Shown here in pieces: positions 37,550 through 46,741 of a stretch of DNA of 64,000 bases. Made by a program: the position numbers and the translations under genes. The notes beneath the pieces were generated by a model, which had not been told where the DNA came from, made no database searches, and saw only the letters and a program-made list of their open reading frames with translations. The DNA lies in assembly GCA_038230375.1 (NCBI GenBank), contig JBBRNJ010000040.1, positions 1 to 64,000 on the forward strand, read 5' to 3'. Origin of the DNA: Polyangiales bacterium. GTDB taxonomy: Bacteria; Myxococcota_A; Polyangia; Polyangiales; Polyangiaceae. Positions within the stretch are counted from its first letter, which is position 1. Every line of letters begins with the position of its first letter.

Positions 37550-39145
37550 TCAGGGAAGAACGAGGGTCTTGCCCTTGATGGTCACGTTCTTCGTGGGGCC
37601 CGCGGGGACAACCCAGAACCCACCGTCGACGTGATCGAAGGGGATGAAGTGCGCGCCCGCGGAGTGCACGACCGTGCCGCCCTCGTCGGTGAACGCCGCC
37701 TGGGAGTCGACCTCCGGCTGCTCGGCAAGGGTGATCTGATCGCCGCCGGTGAGCGTGCCGTCAGGCTGCTCCGTGATGAGGTGAAACTTGCCCGGCGTCG
37801 CGCCGATGATCGACTTGGCTCCGTTGACGTAGGCCACGCGATCGAAGAACGCCGAGTAGGTGTAGTCGCTGACCCACTCCGGCGTGCAGTACCCCATGAT
37901 GTCCTTGCCGGTCGCCGACGAGATGAACTTCTTGGCCGTGATGTCGTAGCCGTTCACGCCGATGCCGCCGCCCGCGTATGGGAACTGCGGATCCGTACCC
38001 GACGTTCCGCCGCAAGGCGCGTGGTTGCGGCCGTGCGCATGACCGACCTCGTGCGCCATCGTGGTGGCTGCATCCGCGCCGCTGTAGCCAAGGCCGATGC
38101 TCGCGCGGTAGGGGCCGTCCTGCGGGCTGGTCACGACGGTGGAGAGGCCAGCGACACAGCCGCCTCCGCAGAACGTGTTGAAAGAGGACGCGGGTGAGAA
38201 CGCGGCGAAGTAGTACTGGTCGTCCGGAGCGCCGTCTTGCTGGCGGAGGTTCGTGACCGCGTTGAGCAGCGTGGACCAGCCGCTGCCGTTCGCGGAGACC
38301 TTCGTGCTCGATTGCCAGGGCGCGCGCACCGTGATCTGCACATCCGTGACCGGGTAGTGCGACATCATCTCTTTCTTGTACGCATCCAGCTGGGGCTGCG
38401 ACGTGTCCGGCACGCGACCCGATCCGTCGGCCATGTACTGCACCGGCACAAGCGTGATCTTGAGGACGCCGCTGTTCGCCGCGCCCAGTATCGCCGGCGT
38501 TCCACCCTTCGGATAGACAGCGCCCGTGGTCGCATCGGCCGCGCCCTTGGGGTCCGTCAATGCGACCGCGAACTTCACGCCAGCGGGGACATCCGCGCCG
38601 GCGATCTCGAAGTTGAATGTGGAGGTGGTGTCCGCGTCCGTACCGGCCTTCACGACCTTCGTATCCTTGATCACCTTGGTGGCCGTGGTGCTGCTGCCTA
38701 CGTAGAGCCGGAGCTCCGCGGTCACGCTGCGACCGTCGTACCCAGCGCCGGGAGTCGCGAACACGCGCACCACGCCGGGCCGACCCGCGACGATCGGGGC
38801 GTTCGTGGTGGTGACCGCCGTCCCGCCCTTCACGATGTCGACCTTCACGGCCTGGTAGACCGCGACCTCGGTGATGGTCACGCCCGCCACGAACGTGTTC
38901 ACGATCGTGTTGTCGGGCGTCGTTCCGTTGCCGTTGCCGTTGCCGTTGCCGTTCCCATTTCCGTTGCCTGCGCCGTTGCCCGCGCCAGTCCCAGCGCCTG
39001 CGCCGGTCCCAGCACCCGCACCCGCGCCGGTCCCATCGCCGCTGCCCGACCCGCCAGGCTGGATGTAGCCCGACGTCTCGGTCGTCTGCGAGCACGCGGC
39101 GGCGAGGCAGAGCAGGACTGCGAGAGAGAGGGTGGAACGCATCAT
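37550..39145 (-). CDS. M66-like zinc metalloprotease lipoprotein
   Basis: AAAC lipobox; HEVGHAHGRNHAPC, DIMGYC Met-turn, WVSDYTY. Confidence 0.85.
   Translation of the reverse strand: MMRSTLSLAVLLCLAAACSQTTETSGYIQPGGSGSGDGTGAGAGAGTGAGAGTGAGNGAGNGNGNGNGNGNGNGTTPDNTIVNTFVAGVTITEVAVYQAVKVDIVKGGTAVTTTNAPIVAGRPGVVRVFATPGAGYDGRSVTAELRLYVGSSTTATKVIKDTKVVKAGTDADTTSTFNFEIAGADVPAGVKFAVALTDPKGAADATTGAVYPKGGTPAILGAANSGVLKITLVPVQYMADGSGRVPDTSQPQLDAYKKEMMSHYPVTDVQITVRAPWQSSTKVSANGSGWSTLLNAVTNLRQQDGAPDDQYYFAAFSPASSFNTFCGGGCVAGLSTVVTSPQDGPYRASIGLGYSGADAATTMAHEVGHAHGRNHAPCGGTSGTDPQFPYAGGGIGVNGYDITAKKFISSATGKDIMGYCTPEWVSDYTYSAFFDRVAYVNGAKSIIGATPGKFHLITEQPDGTLTGGDQITLAEQPEVDSQAAFTDEGGTVVHSAGAHFIPFDHVDGGFWVVPAGPTKNVTIKGKTLVLP
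38925..38966. repeat. Hexamer tandem repeat (CCGTTG)n encoding an (NG)n linker
   Basis: Four perfect copies, two degenerate copies, then one more perfect copy. Confidence 0.9.
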
Positions 39146-39242
39146 AGGGTGATCCTCCGTGAGGGTGGCGGCCGCGGTGACATCTAGGTGTAGTCTGCAC
39201 GTACCGTTGCGTGCACTCTGCAACTAGCGTCGTTGCGACGGG

Positions 39243-39767
39243 CTAGTGATAGCCCTGCGTAGACCCTGCGTCCACCGCGATATTTTCAGGGGATCGTGAC
39301 CATGCTGCCTCGAGCGCGACCCCTCTCTGGGGCGCGTCCGACCGGCCTGGAAAATTCGTCGCACGGAGGGGCGCGACAAGGCACACGAGGGTGTTTTGTT
39401 CGCTGCCAGAGGAAACTTTCACGTTTAGACCGGCGACGTTTCCATTCTTGTCCGCGACGGCAACGACTCGTGCCGCGCCGGAAACCAATGCACCGCTCGC
39501 TTCGAGGCGCCTGGCGCACGATTCGAACTCGTCCGCGACGTGCTCCGTGAGCGCGCGCGCCTCCTCCGGGGACATGCCGCGAGCCTCTGCCAGGCCGATG
39601 GTGCCGTGGGGCCTACGTGCAACATACACATATGCATCGGGCGCCGCGCCAGCGTCCGCCGCGTTCGCAACGACATCCCGCGAAGCCTCGGTGGCGTCGC
39701 GCGCGTCCTTGCCGGGGCAGCCCGTGAGCGCGATCAGGAGCGCGGGAAGCAGGAGCGCGGCCTTCAG
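39243..39767 (-). CDS. Hypothetical lipoprotein (probable CTG start)
   Basis: (L)KAALLLPALLIALTGC lipobox; CTG overlaps the upstream TGA; no nearby ATG/GTG/TTG in frame. Confidence 0.6.
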   Translation of the reverse strand: MKAALLLPALLIALTGCPGKDARDATEASRDVVANAADAGAAPDAYVYVARRPHGTIGLAEARGMSPEEARALTEHVADEFESCARRLEASGALVSGAARVVAVADKNGNVAGLNVKVSSGSEQNTLVCLVAPLRATNFPGRSDAPQRGVALEAAWSRSPENIAVDAGSTQGYH

Positions 39768-40909
39768 GCGGACAGCACGTGCTTGGCGATGACGATCCGC
39801 TGGATCTGGGCGGTGCCCTCGTAGATCTGGAGGATCTTGGCGTCGCGCATGAGCTTCTCGACCGGGAAGTCCTTCACGTAGCCGTTGCCGCCGAAGATCT
39901 GGACTGCGTCGATCGCCGTCGCCATCGCCGCGTCCGCGCCGAAGGCCTTCGCGCATGCGGAGGTGAGAGGGTTGCGGATGTTCCGCGCGAGGCTCCACGC
40001 CGCCTTGCGGACAAGGAGGCTGGTCGCCTCGATGCGGATCGCCATCTCGGCGAGCATCGCCTGGACCATCTGGTGCTGCGCGATGGGCACTCCGAACGTC
40101 TTGCGCTCCTTTGCGTACGCCACGCACTCGTCCAGCGCGCGGCGCATGAGGCCGGTGGCGCCCGCGCCAATGTCGGGGCGCGTCTGGTTGAACGTCTCCA
40201 TCGCGAGCTTGAAGCCCTGACCCGCCGGCGCGAGGACCTGGGATGCAGGCACGCGGACCTCTTCCAGCATGACGCCGGCCGTGTCGCTCGCGCGCTGCCC
40301 GAGCTTGTCCTCGTGCTTGCCCACGGAGAGCCCCTTGCTGTCGCGCTCCACGATGAACGCGCCAATGCCACGGTGCTTCAGCTCCGGGTTCTCCGTGGCG
40401 AAGATCGTGAAGAAGCTCGCGTGCGACGCGTTGGTGATCCACTGCTTCTGCCCGGTGAGCACGTAGCTGCCGTCTGACTGTTTGTGTGCGCGGCACTGCA
40501 TACCGGCGACGTCGCTGCCGGCCGCCGGCTCCGTGGTGGCGTACGAGCAGAGGACTGATTCCTTCGCGAGCCAGCCAAGGTACTTCTTCTTCTGCTCGTC
40601 GGTGCCCGCGAGGCGGATGGGCGTGAAGCCGAGCGTGTTCGCGGTGATGCTGGTCTGGATGCCCGTGCAACCGTAGGCCAGCTCCTCCGTGATGAGCACG
40701 TTGTCGATCTCGTCCAGGCCCTGACCGCCGTACTCCGCGGGGAGCGTGGGGTTCACCAGGCCGAGCTTCCAGGCTTCGTCGAAGACCTCGCGCGGGAAGC
40801 GTGACTCCTGATCGCACTTCGCGGCGACGGGGATGATGCGCTCCTTCGCGAAGCGGCGCGCCATCTCGATGAGGGCCTTTTGTTCTTCGGTGAGCTCGAA
40901 GTCGATCAT
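39764..40909 (-). CDS. Acyl-CoA dehydrogenase
   Basis: TEPAAGSDV, GQKQWITNA, KLGQRASDT, RKTFGVPI, QIFGGNGY, RDAKILQIYEGT. Confidence 0.96.
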   Translation of the reverse strand: MIDFELTEEQKALIEMARRFAKERIIPVAAKCDQESRFPREVFDEAWKLGLVNPTLPAEYGGQGLDEIDNVLITEELAYGCTGIQTSITANTLGFTPIRLAGTDEQKKKYLGWLAKESVLCSYATTEPAAGSDVAGMQCRAHKQSDGSYVLTGQKQWITNASHASFFTIFATENPELKHRGIGAFIVERDSKGLSVGKHEDKLGQRASDTAGVMLEEVRVPASQVLAPAGQGFKLAMETFNQTRPDIGAGATGLMRRALDECVAYAKERKTFGVPIAQHQMVQAMLAEMAIRIEATSLLVRKAAWSLARNIRNPLTSACAKAFGADAAMATAIDAVQIFGGNGYVKDFPVEKLMRDAKILQIYEGTAQIQRIVIAKHVLSA

Positions 40910-40920
40910 GGAATGAGTCC

Positions 40921-41055
40921 TTATTTTTTGGCGCGCTCGCGGAGCCGCTCTGCCTGCGCGCGGGCGGCCCGTCCGCCCATGATGTAGCCGAGCACCATGC
41001 CGATCAGCAAGACGCCCGGAATGAAGATCACGTGCTCAGGAGTCGGCAGTCCCAT
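40921..41055 (-). CDS. 44-aa single-TM protein (absent from ORF track)
   Basis: MGLPTPEHVIFIPGVLLIGMVLGYIMGGRAARAQAERLRERAKK*; fills the gap between ccmD and the acyl-CoA dehydrogenase; GGAG RBS. Confidence 0.75.
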   Translation of the reverse strand: MGLPTPEHVIFIPGVLLIGMVLGYIMGGRAARAQAERLRERAKK

Positions 41056-41059
41056 GCGC

Positions 41060-41407
41060 TCACTCCTTCGCGGGGGCGTCCTTGGCGTCGCTCTTGTTCC
41101 CGCTCGTGCTCTTGTCCGTGGTGGTCGCGGCCGGTGCGGTCGCGGCTTTCGCTGCCGCGCGATCGATCGCGAGGTCCAGGTCCGCCACCCGCGCAGCCAG
41201 GCTACGGCTCTTCTGCCACATCATCAGGAGCCAGACCATGAGGATGATCCAGATGAGCGCGTAGGCGGTGACCATCAACGTGTAGCCGTTGTAGTTCGCC
41301 GGAGCGTTGCCCACGGACTGGAACTGGGTGGGGGCGCGTTCCTCGGCTTGCCGGGGCACTTCCTCGACGAACGTAGCGACGGACATGGTGGTGGTGGTGA
41401 AGGTCAT
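41060..41407 (-). CDS. ccmD: CcmD-family heme exporter protein
   Basis: LMVTAYALIWIILMVWL TM followed by a coiled coil; directly after ccmC. Confidence 0.75.
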   Translation of the reverse strand: MTFTTTTMSVATFVEEVPRQAEERAPTQFQSVGNAPANYNGYTLMVTAYALIWIILMVWLLMMWQKSRSLAARVADLDLAIDRAAAKAATAPAATTTDKSTSGNKSDAKDAPAKE

Positions 41408-41414
41408 GCCGTTT

Positions 41415-42152
41415 TCATGCTTCGGTGCGGTCGTCGAGGCCCAGGTCGATCGCGTCCTGCTCGGCCCGCGCGAGCCGCTGCTCGAGCACGCCGATGCGCA
41501 CGCGCGACCAGAGCAGCGCGATCGCGAACAGGGTGAATGTGAAGAGCGCGATGAAGAACACGACCTTCATGTCGTGCTGGAGGCCGCCGCCGCCCTTGGC
41601 CATGATGACCTTGGGGTGCTGGCCTGCCCACTTCTCCACGCTGAAGTGGATGATGGGGAGGTTCGCCGCGCCGAGGATGCCAAGGGCCGCTGCGAACTTG
41701 CGCTCGCCCGGACCGTCCCCCGCGAACGCGCGCAGCACGATGTACGCGATGTAGATGAGCAGCGAGAGCAGCGTGGTCGTGAGGCGCGGGTCCCACACCC
41801 AGAGATAGCCCCACGCCTTCGCGCCCCAGAGCGGCCCCGTGGTCATGACGATCGCGCCGAAGACGACGGACATCTCCGCGCCTGCGCGCGCGAGCGCATC
41901 CCACACGTCCGTGCGTCGCAACAGGTAGCCGATGCTTCCCACGAAGCATGCGGTGGCGCCGATGTACATCGCGTACGCGGAGGGCGCGTGGAAGTAGAAG
42001 ATGCGCTGGACGATGCCCATGGCGCGCTCTTCGGGCGCGTAGATGAATGCGCCGTAGATGCAGAAGAGCAGGAGCCCAGTGGTCACGAGCCACAGCGCGT
42101 AGAACGCAGTGTCCGCGCCGGTCACGACAGGGGCAGCGTGCTTCTTCGCCAT
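41415..42152 (-). CDS. ccmC: Heme exporter protein C / cytochrome c biogenesis
   Basis: RIFYFHAP, WWD domain TGPLWGAKAWGYLWVWDPRLTT, SVEKWAGQHP. Confidence 0.92.
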   Translation of the reverse strand: MAKKHAAPVVTGADTAFYALWLVTTGLLLFCIYGAFIYAPEERAMGIVQRIFYFHAPSAYAMYIGATACFVGSIGYLLRRTDVWDALARAGAEMSVVFGAIVMTTGPLWGAKAWGYLWVWDPRLTTTLLSLLIYIAYIVLRAFAGDGPGERKFAAALGILGAANLPIIHFSVEKWAGQHPKVIMAKGGGGLQHDMKVVFFIALFTFTLFAIALLWSRVRIGVLEQRLARAEQDAIDLGLDDRTEA

Positions 42153-42153
42153 T

Positions 42154-42699
42154 CTACGGGCTCTTGCGCCAGTTCTTGGGGTCTTTGTCCTTCTCCTTGA
42201 TCGCCGCGTCGATCTGGAGCTTGAACTCTTCGAGCGCCGGATTCTTCGCGTCCATGTGGAGTGCCATGGTGAGCTGGATCTTGGCCTGCTTCGGGTCGCC
42301 CTGACGGAGGAGCTCCTCTGCGCGCAGCACGAACGGACGCGCACCCGGCGACTTCACCTTGTCGATCAGGCGCTGCGGGCCCTTCGGCTTCTCGGGCGCC
42401 TCGACGACGATCTGCTCGGGACGTTGCATGCCCTGGCCTAGCGCATGATCGTATCGCCCGCGCAGATCTGGATCGGAGAGCACCCGATAAGCCTCCGTGC
42501 CGCGACGGAAGATCCGTCCGATGGCCTCGCGCTCCCAGTGCGAGCGCCACGCGTGGCCGTCAGGGTGGAAGGTGTCCGCGAACGAGTAGAAGGCGTAGCG
42601 GAGCTCGTCCGCCGTGGCCGTGTTCGGTATGCGGAACAGATCGTAGTACGAGAGGCTGTCGAGGACGCTCAGCCACTGCTGGAGCGACTCAACGTCCAC
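42154..42699 (-). CDS. J-domain (DnaJ-like) protein with C-terminal TPR-like helices
   Basis: YYDLF...FHPD...EAYRVLSDPDLRGRYD. Confidence 0.88.
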   Translation of the reverse strand: MDVESLQQWLSVLDSLSYYDLFRIPNTATADELRYAFYSFADTFHPDGHAWRSHWEREAIGRIFRRGTEAYRVLSDPDLRGRYDHALGQGMQRPEQIVVEAPEKPKGPQRLIDKVKSPGARPFVLRAEELLRQGDPKQAKIQLTMALHMDAKNPALEEFKLQIDAAIKEKDKDPKNWRKSP

Positions 42700-42741
42700 G
42701 GTCGGACCCGGCGGTTGGCGTGACTCGGGGCATTCGCGGCG

Positions 42742-45700
42742 TCATTGGAGCCCACCGCCCGGACCGAGCGGGCTGCCGGGACCACCGGGTCCGCCGCCAC
42801 CAAATCCGGGCTGCTGCGCGAAGCGGTTGATCATCATGACGACGCTCGACTCGTCCGCCATGCCGATGAGCTGCAGTGTGGCCTTCGCCTCCTGCAGCGT
42901 GATGGTGTCCCATGCGCGAACCCGCAACGTGCCGTCCGAGTCCAGCTCGAACGACACGGCGATGGTGACATCACCGCGGCTTGCAACGCGCAGTCCGCCG
43001 AGCTCCACCTCGCCCAGATACGTGTTCTCCGGGAAGCGCGTGCTCTCGCCCTGGCCGATGCGAATGCGGACGGCGGTCTGGCCGTCACGGCTGGTGGAGA
43101 ACTTGCGCATGCGCTCGCAAGGGATCTTGGAGTTTCGCGGGATGATTGTATCGGCGTAGCCGCCTGCGGTCTCCACGATGAGCGCGCGCGGCGTGACGTC
43201 GACCAGGATGGGCGCGCCCATCCCACCGAGCGCACTCGCGGCGTCTTGCAGCTGGCCTCCGCCCGGCGGCTCCGTCGTGCCGCCGAATGGAGAATTATTT
43301 CCCATCGAGCCGCCCATGCCTGCGCCAGGGCCTGATCCCATGGGCTGCTGCTGTTGCTGCTGGGGACCACCGAACGTCGCGAACGGCGCGATGCCGCCTT
43401 GCTGAGTTCCACCGGCGGCGGCCCCGGGTGGTGCCGAGCCCTGCTGGCCTCCGTAGCCAGAGAAGTTGGGTGCGTGCTGCGGCGGCGGGTGCGCCGGTCC
43501 CGGAGGAGGCTCGCTCCCGAAGTTCGAGAACCCAGCCGGCGGCGAGTTGGATGGATACGGGCCAGGCGGCGCCGAGCCGAAGTTGCCGGGCGGGCTGGAG
43601 CCCATTCCTGGCGGCGGTGGCTGTGAGCGCGCCGGGTTCGCCGAGGGCTCGAGGTTCACGGTGCTGCCACGTGCGCCAACGGGAAGGGGAGGCGCCTGTC
43701 CGGGGCCGCGCGCGGGGCTTGCCTGTGTTGGGCTCATGCCTGCGTTGGGTCCGCGCGCCTGCATGGGCTCGGGCGCACCCTGCATCTGCGTGGTGTTCGC
43801 GCCCTGCCTGGCCGGTCGCGCGCGTGGGTCGCTGCCGGTGGGATCGACCATGCCGGTCGGAAGAGGAGACGTGCGCTCCTGGATCGATGGGATGGACGGG
43901 ATGGACGGAGACGACACGCCCGAGGTGGAGATGAGCGAGAGATCGTCGCTCACCTGACCGAACTGTTCGGGATCCTCGCGTCGGCCGTCGCGACGTGAGG
44001 ACGAGGCGCCCTTCGGCGGCACCGGGTCGACCATCTGCGTCTGCGTGACGCCAGTGGTGGAGACGAGCTAGAGGTCGCGCACCTCTCCGAACGGTCCTTG
44101 CGTCTCCTCATCGGAGGCTGGACCACCGTATGGCGCGTTGCCGGGATAAGCGGTCGCTGTCGGGCTCGTGATGTTCGCGCGGCCGCTTGGTGTGCTGTAG
44201 AGCGACGGCGGCTCGTCCATCGCGCCGAAGCCGCCTGGTCCCGACGGGATCCGCGGCGCCTTCTGGAGGACCTGCTCGGAGTCAACCTGTGCGGTGAGCG
44301 TGCTCGCGTTCTGGTTCCATTCGAACGGAGAGCCACCGACGAGATCGGGGACGCTCTGCAGCGACGGATCCTCCGCGCCATGCCCCGGCTTCGGCAGCGT
44401 GGGCATCGGGTTCGTGTGGGGAGCCGCCTGGGTGACCATCGTGTTGGGCGGCTGCGACTGCTTGCCCGGCATGCCCGGTACGGCGGGCAGCCTGCCCGGC
44501 ACATGAGAGGTCTTCTGGCCCGGGACCTGCGACACCTTGGCCGGCGGGGACGAACCCCGTGCCCCTGGCGGCGACGAGCCTCTTGCGCCCGGAGGAGAGG
44601 AGCCGCGCGCGGCCTGGCCCGGAACGCCCGACTGCTTCTTCTGCGTCGGAACGCCCTGCGTGACGGACGTGTTCTCGTTGCGACCGAGCACGTCGCCTTC
44701 GGTCACGTCCTCGACCTCGCCGCCGGTTCCACGCATCGTGCGCGGCGCGTTGCCTGCGGGGACGGCGGGCGGCGCGGGGATCTCGCGCCTGCGGTTGGCG
44801 TCAACGAGAGCTGCGGCCTGGATCGCCGCGCCGACGGCGACGACCTCGTCCGGGTTCAGCTTGTCCATCGGCTTGGCGCCGAAGAATGCCTCGACGCGCT
44901 GCCGCACGAGTGGGATGCGCGTGGAGCCACCGACGAGGATGATGCGATCGAACGACGTGGGGGAGAGGCGCGCAAGACCGAGCGCGTCCTGCGTGACCTT
45001 GAAGCTTCGCTCTATGAGCGGCGTGATGAGCTGGTCGAGCTCCCTCCGCTTCATGGAGAACTGGACGTTGAGCGGCGCACCGCCAACGCCGAAGCCGACG
45101 TCGTCGAGCGCCATGTGCGCCTCTTCCTGCGTCGACAGGGTCATCTTGAGCGTTTCGCCGGCGACCTTGAGGCGCTCGAACGCCTGGTTGTCGGAGCGTG
45201 CGTCGAAGCGATATGTGCGAAGAATGTACTCACACATGCGCTCGGCGATCGCGGCGTCCACGTCGTCGCCGCCAAGGAACGAGTCACCGGCGCTCGCGAG
45301 CACCTCGAACACGTTCCCGTTCAGATCGAGCAGCGTGCAGTCGAACGTGCCACCGCCGAAGTCGTAGATGGCGACGCGCTCTGCGCCGCCGCGTCCAAGG
45401 CCGTATGCGAGCGCGGCCGCCGTCGGCTCGTTCAGGATGCGCATGACCTCGACGCCGCTGATGCGACCGGCCACCTTCGTGGACGCGCGCTGCAGCTCGT
45501 TGAAGTGCGCAGGCACCGTGATGACGGCGCGCTCGACGGGCTCGCCCAGCGCGGTCTCTGCGATCTGCCGCGCGCGCTTGAGCACGAAGGCGCTGATCTC
45601 GGGGAGCGTGTAGTCCTGCCCGCGGACATGCACGAGCGCGCCCTGACCGGGACCTTCGCGCAGCTCGAATGGTGAGCGCTGTCGCGCCTCCACCAGCTCG

Positions 45701-45936
45701 GGGCTGTTCCACGAGTGCCCGATGATGCGCTTGTGGTTGGCGATGGTGTGCTTCGGGTCGATGACCCGTCGCGCCTTCGCGGGCTGGCCGGTGAGGACCT
45801 CGCCATTGGGGTGGAAGCTCACGATGCTCGGCAGGAGACGGTTGCCCGTCTCGTCTGCAAGTACGTGGACCTTGCCGCCGCGCACGCACGCGACGACTGT
45901 ATTGGTGGTTCCGAGATCGATTCCGACGACGCTCAT
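42742..45936 (-). CDS. Atypical Hsp70-family protein (NBD, ~530-aa low-complexity insert, SBD-beta), interrupted by an in-frame TAG at 44068-44070 (ORFs 44068-45936 and 42742-44034)
   Basis: GIDLGTTNT, ITVPAHF, NEPTAAALAYG, DFGGGTFD, VGGSTRIP in part 1; ILVDVTP...IIPRNSKIP...GQGES...SFELDSDGTLRV in part 2; both parts in the same frame. Confidence 0.88.
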
Positions 45937-45974
45937 GGTGGCTTCGCCGCCGCGCGGCTAACTGATTGATATCA

Positions 45975-46517
45975 TCATGTAGCGGGGGATAGCGCGCGAA
46001 TTCGCGCGATCTCGTCATCGATCCAGCGGTTGATTTGCCGGGGAAATGGCCACATCCAGCCATAGTCAGGGCCCGTGAAGCGCGCGATCAGCATGGGGCG
46101 CAGCTTCTCGCAGGCGTCGATCCCGTAGACCTCGGCCGTGGCGCGGAGGGTCTGCACATAGGCCTCCCACTCGATCCGCGCGCGACCCCACGCGAGGAAG
46201 AGCGGAAAGAAGGGGAGCAGGTAGACGACGCCCATCACGAACCCGCCCATGCGCGCGCGTTGCCGGAGGTGGACGCGCTCGTGGCAGAGCAGCACGTAGC
46301 GATCGTCGTCCGACATGTCTTCGTAGCTGTCCGGCACCCAGAGCTTGCCGAAGAGCGCCGTGTGATAGCGCGTCATGTACGACCGCTGACCTCCAAGGGT
46401 CACGATCCGCAGCGCGACGTCGATCGCCGCCTGCAGACGATCGCTGCGCTTGGGCACGATGCGAAACGAGGGGAACTCCGCCTCGATCTCGGCGATGAGC
46501 GCGCGCGATCTCTTCAC
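45975..46517 (-). CDS. Hypothetical protein with HExxH (zincin-like) motif and a TM segment
   Basis: LLCHERVHLRQ, hydrophobic segment, RIEWEAY third-ligand-like motif. Confidence 0.7.
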   Translation of the reverse strand: MKRSRALIAEIEAEFPSFRIVPKRSDRLQAAIDVALRIVTLGGQRSYMTRYHTALFGKLWVPDSYEDMSDDDRYVLLCHERVHLRQRARMGGFVMGVVYLLPFFPLFLAWGRARIEWEAYVQTLRATAEVYGIDACEKLRPMLIARFTGPDYGWMWPFPRQINRWIDDEIARIRALSPAT

Positions 46518-46540
46518 CCGGTCACTATATCAGTCAGCTT

Positions 46541-46599
46541 AAAAGCAGACGTCGCGCAACGACCTGGGGGGGGATTAGGTCATCGTCGCGACGTCTTGT
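46541..46599 (-). ncRNA. Candidate small RNA (or leader): single long hairpin with C-rich loop
   Basis: ACA-AGACGUCGCG-A-CGAUGACCU-[AAUCCCCCCCC]-AGGUCGUUG-CGCGACGUCU-GCUUUU; start predicted from the upstream sigma54 promoter; G-U pairs favour the minus strand. Confidence 0.6.
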
Positions 46600-46609
46600 C
46601 CGTCTCTCA

Positions 46610-46625
46610 AGCGAGATGCGTGCCA
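46610..46625 (-). promoter_or_regulatory. sigma54 (-24/-12) promoter
   Basis: TGGCAC-GCATC-TCGCT, GG-N10-GC, one mismatch to TTGCW. Confidence 0.7.
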
Positions 46626-46741
46626 CGGCTCTCCGTCTGCGTGCCATGCACTTGGCGCGGGCCTCGCCGCGTCGCACTTCAGATCTGAAAAAGCGGGCTT
46701 CATGGACGAAACGCCTCATCCAGCGGCGCTACAATCGGTGC

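Noticed and set aside
44068..44070. Pyrrolysine recoding of the TAG
   Set aside because: No pyl genes in the window, other genes here end in TAG, and the repeat copy indicates Ser
46631..46646. Second TGGCACG as an additional sigma54 promoter
   Set aside because: No GC at -12 (reads GA); kept only as a direct repeat
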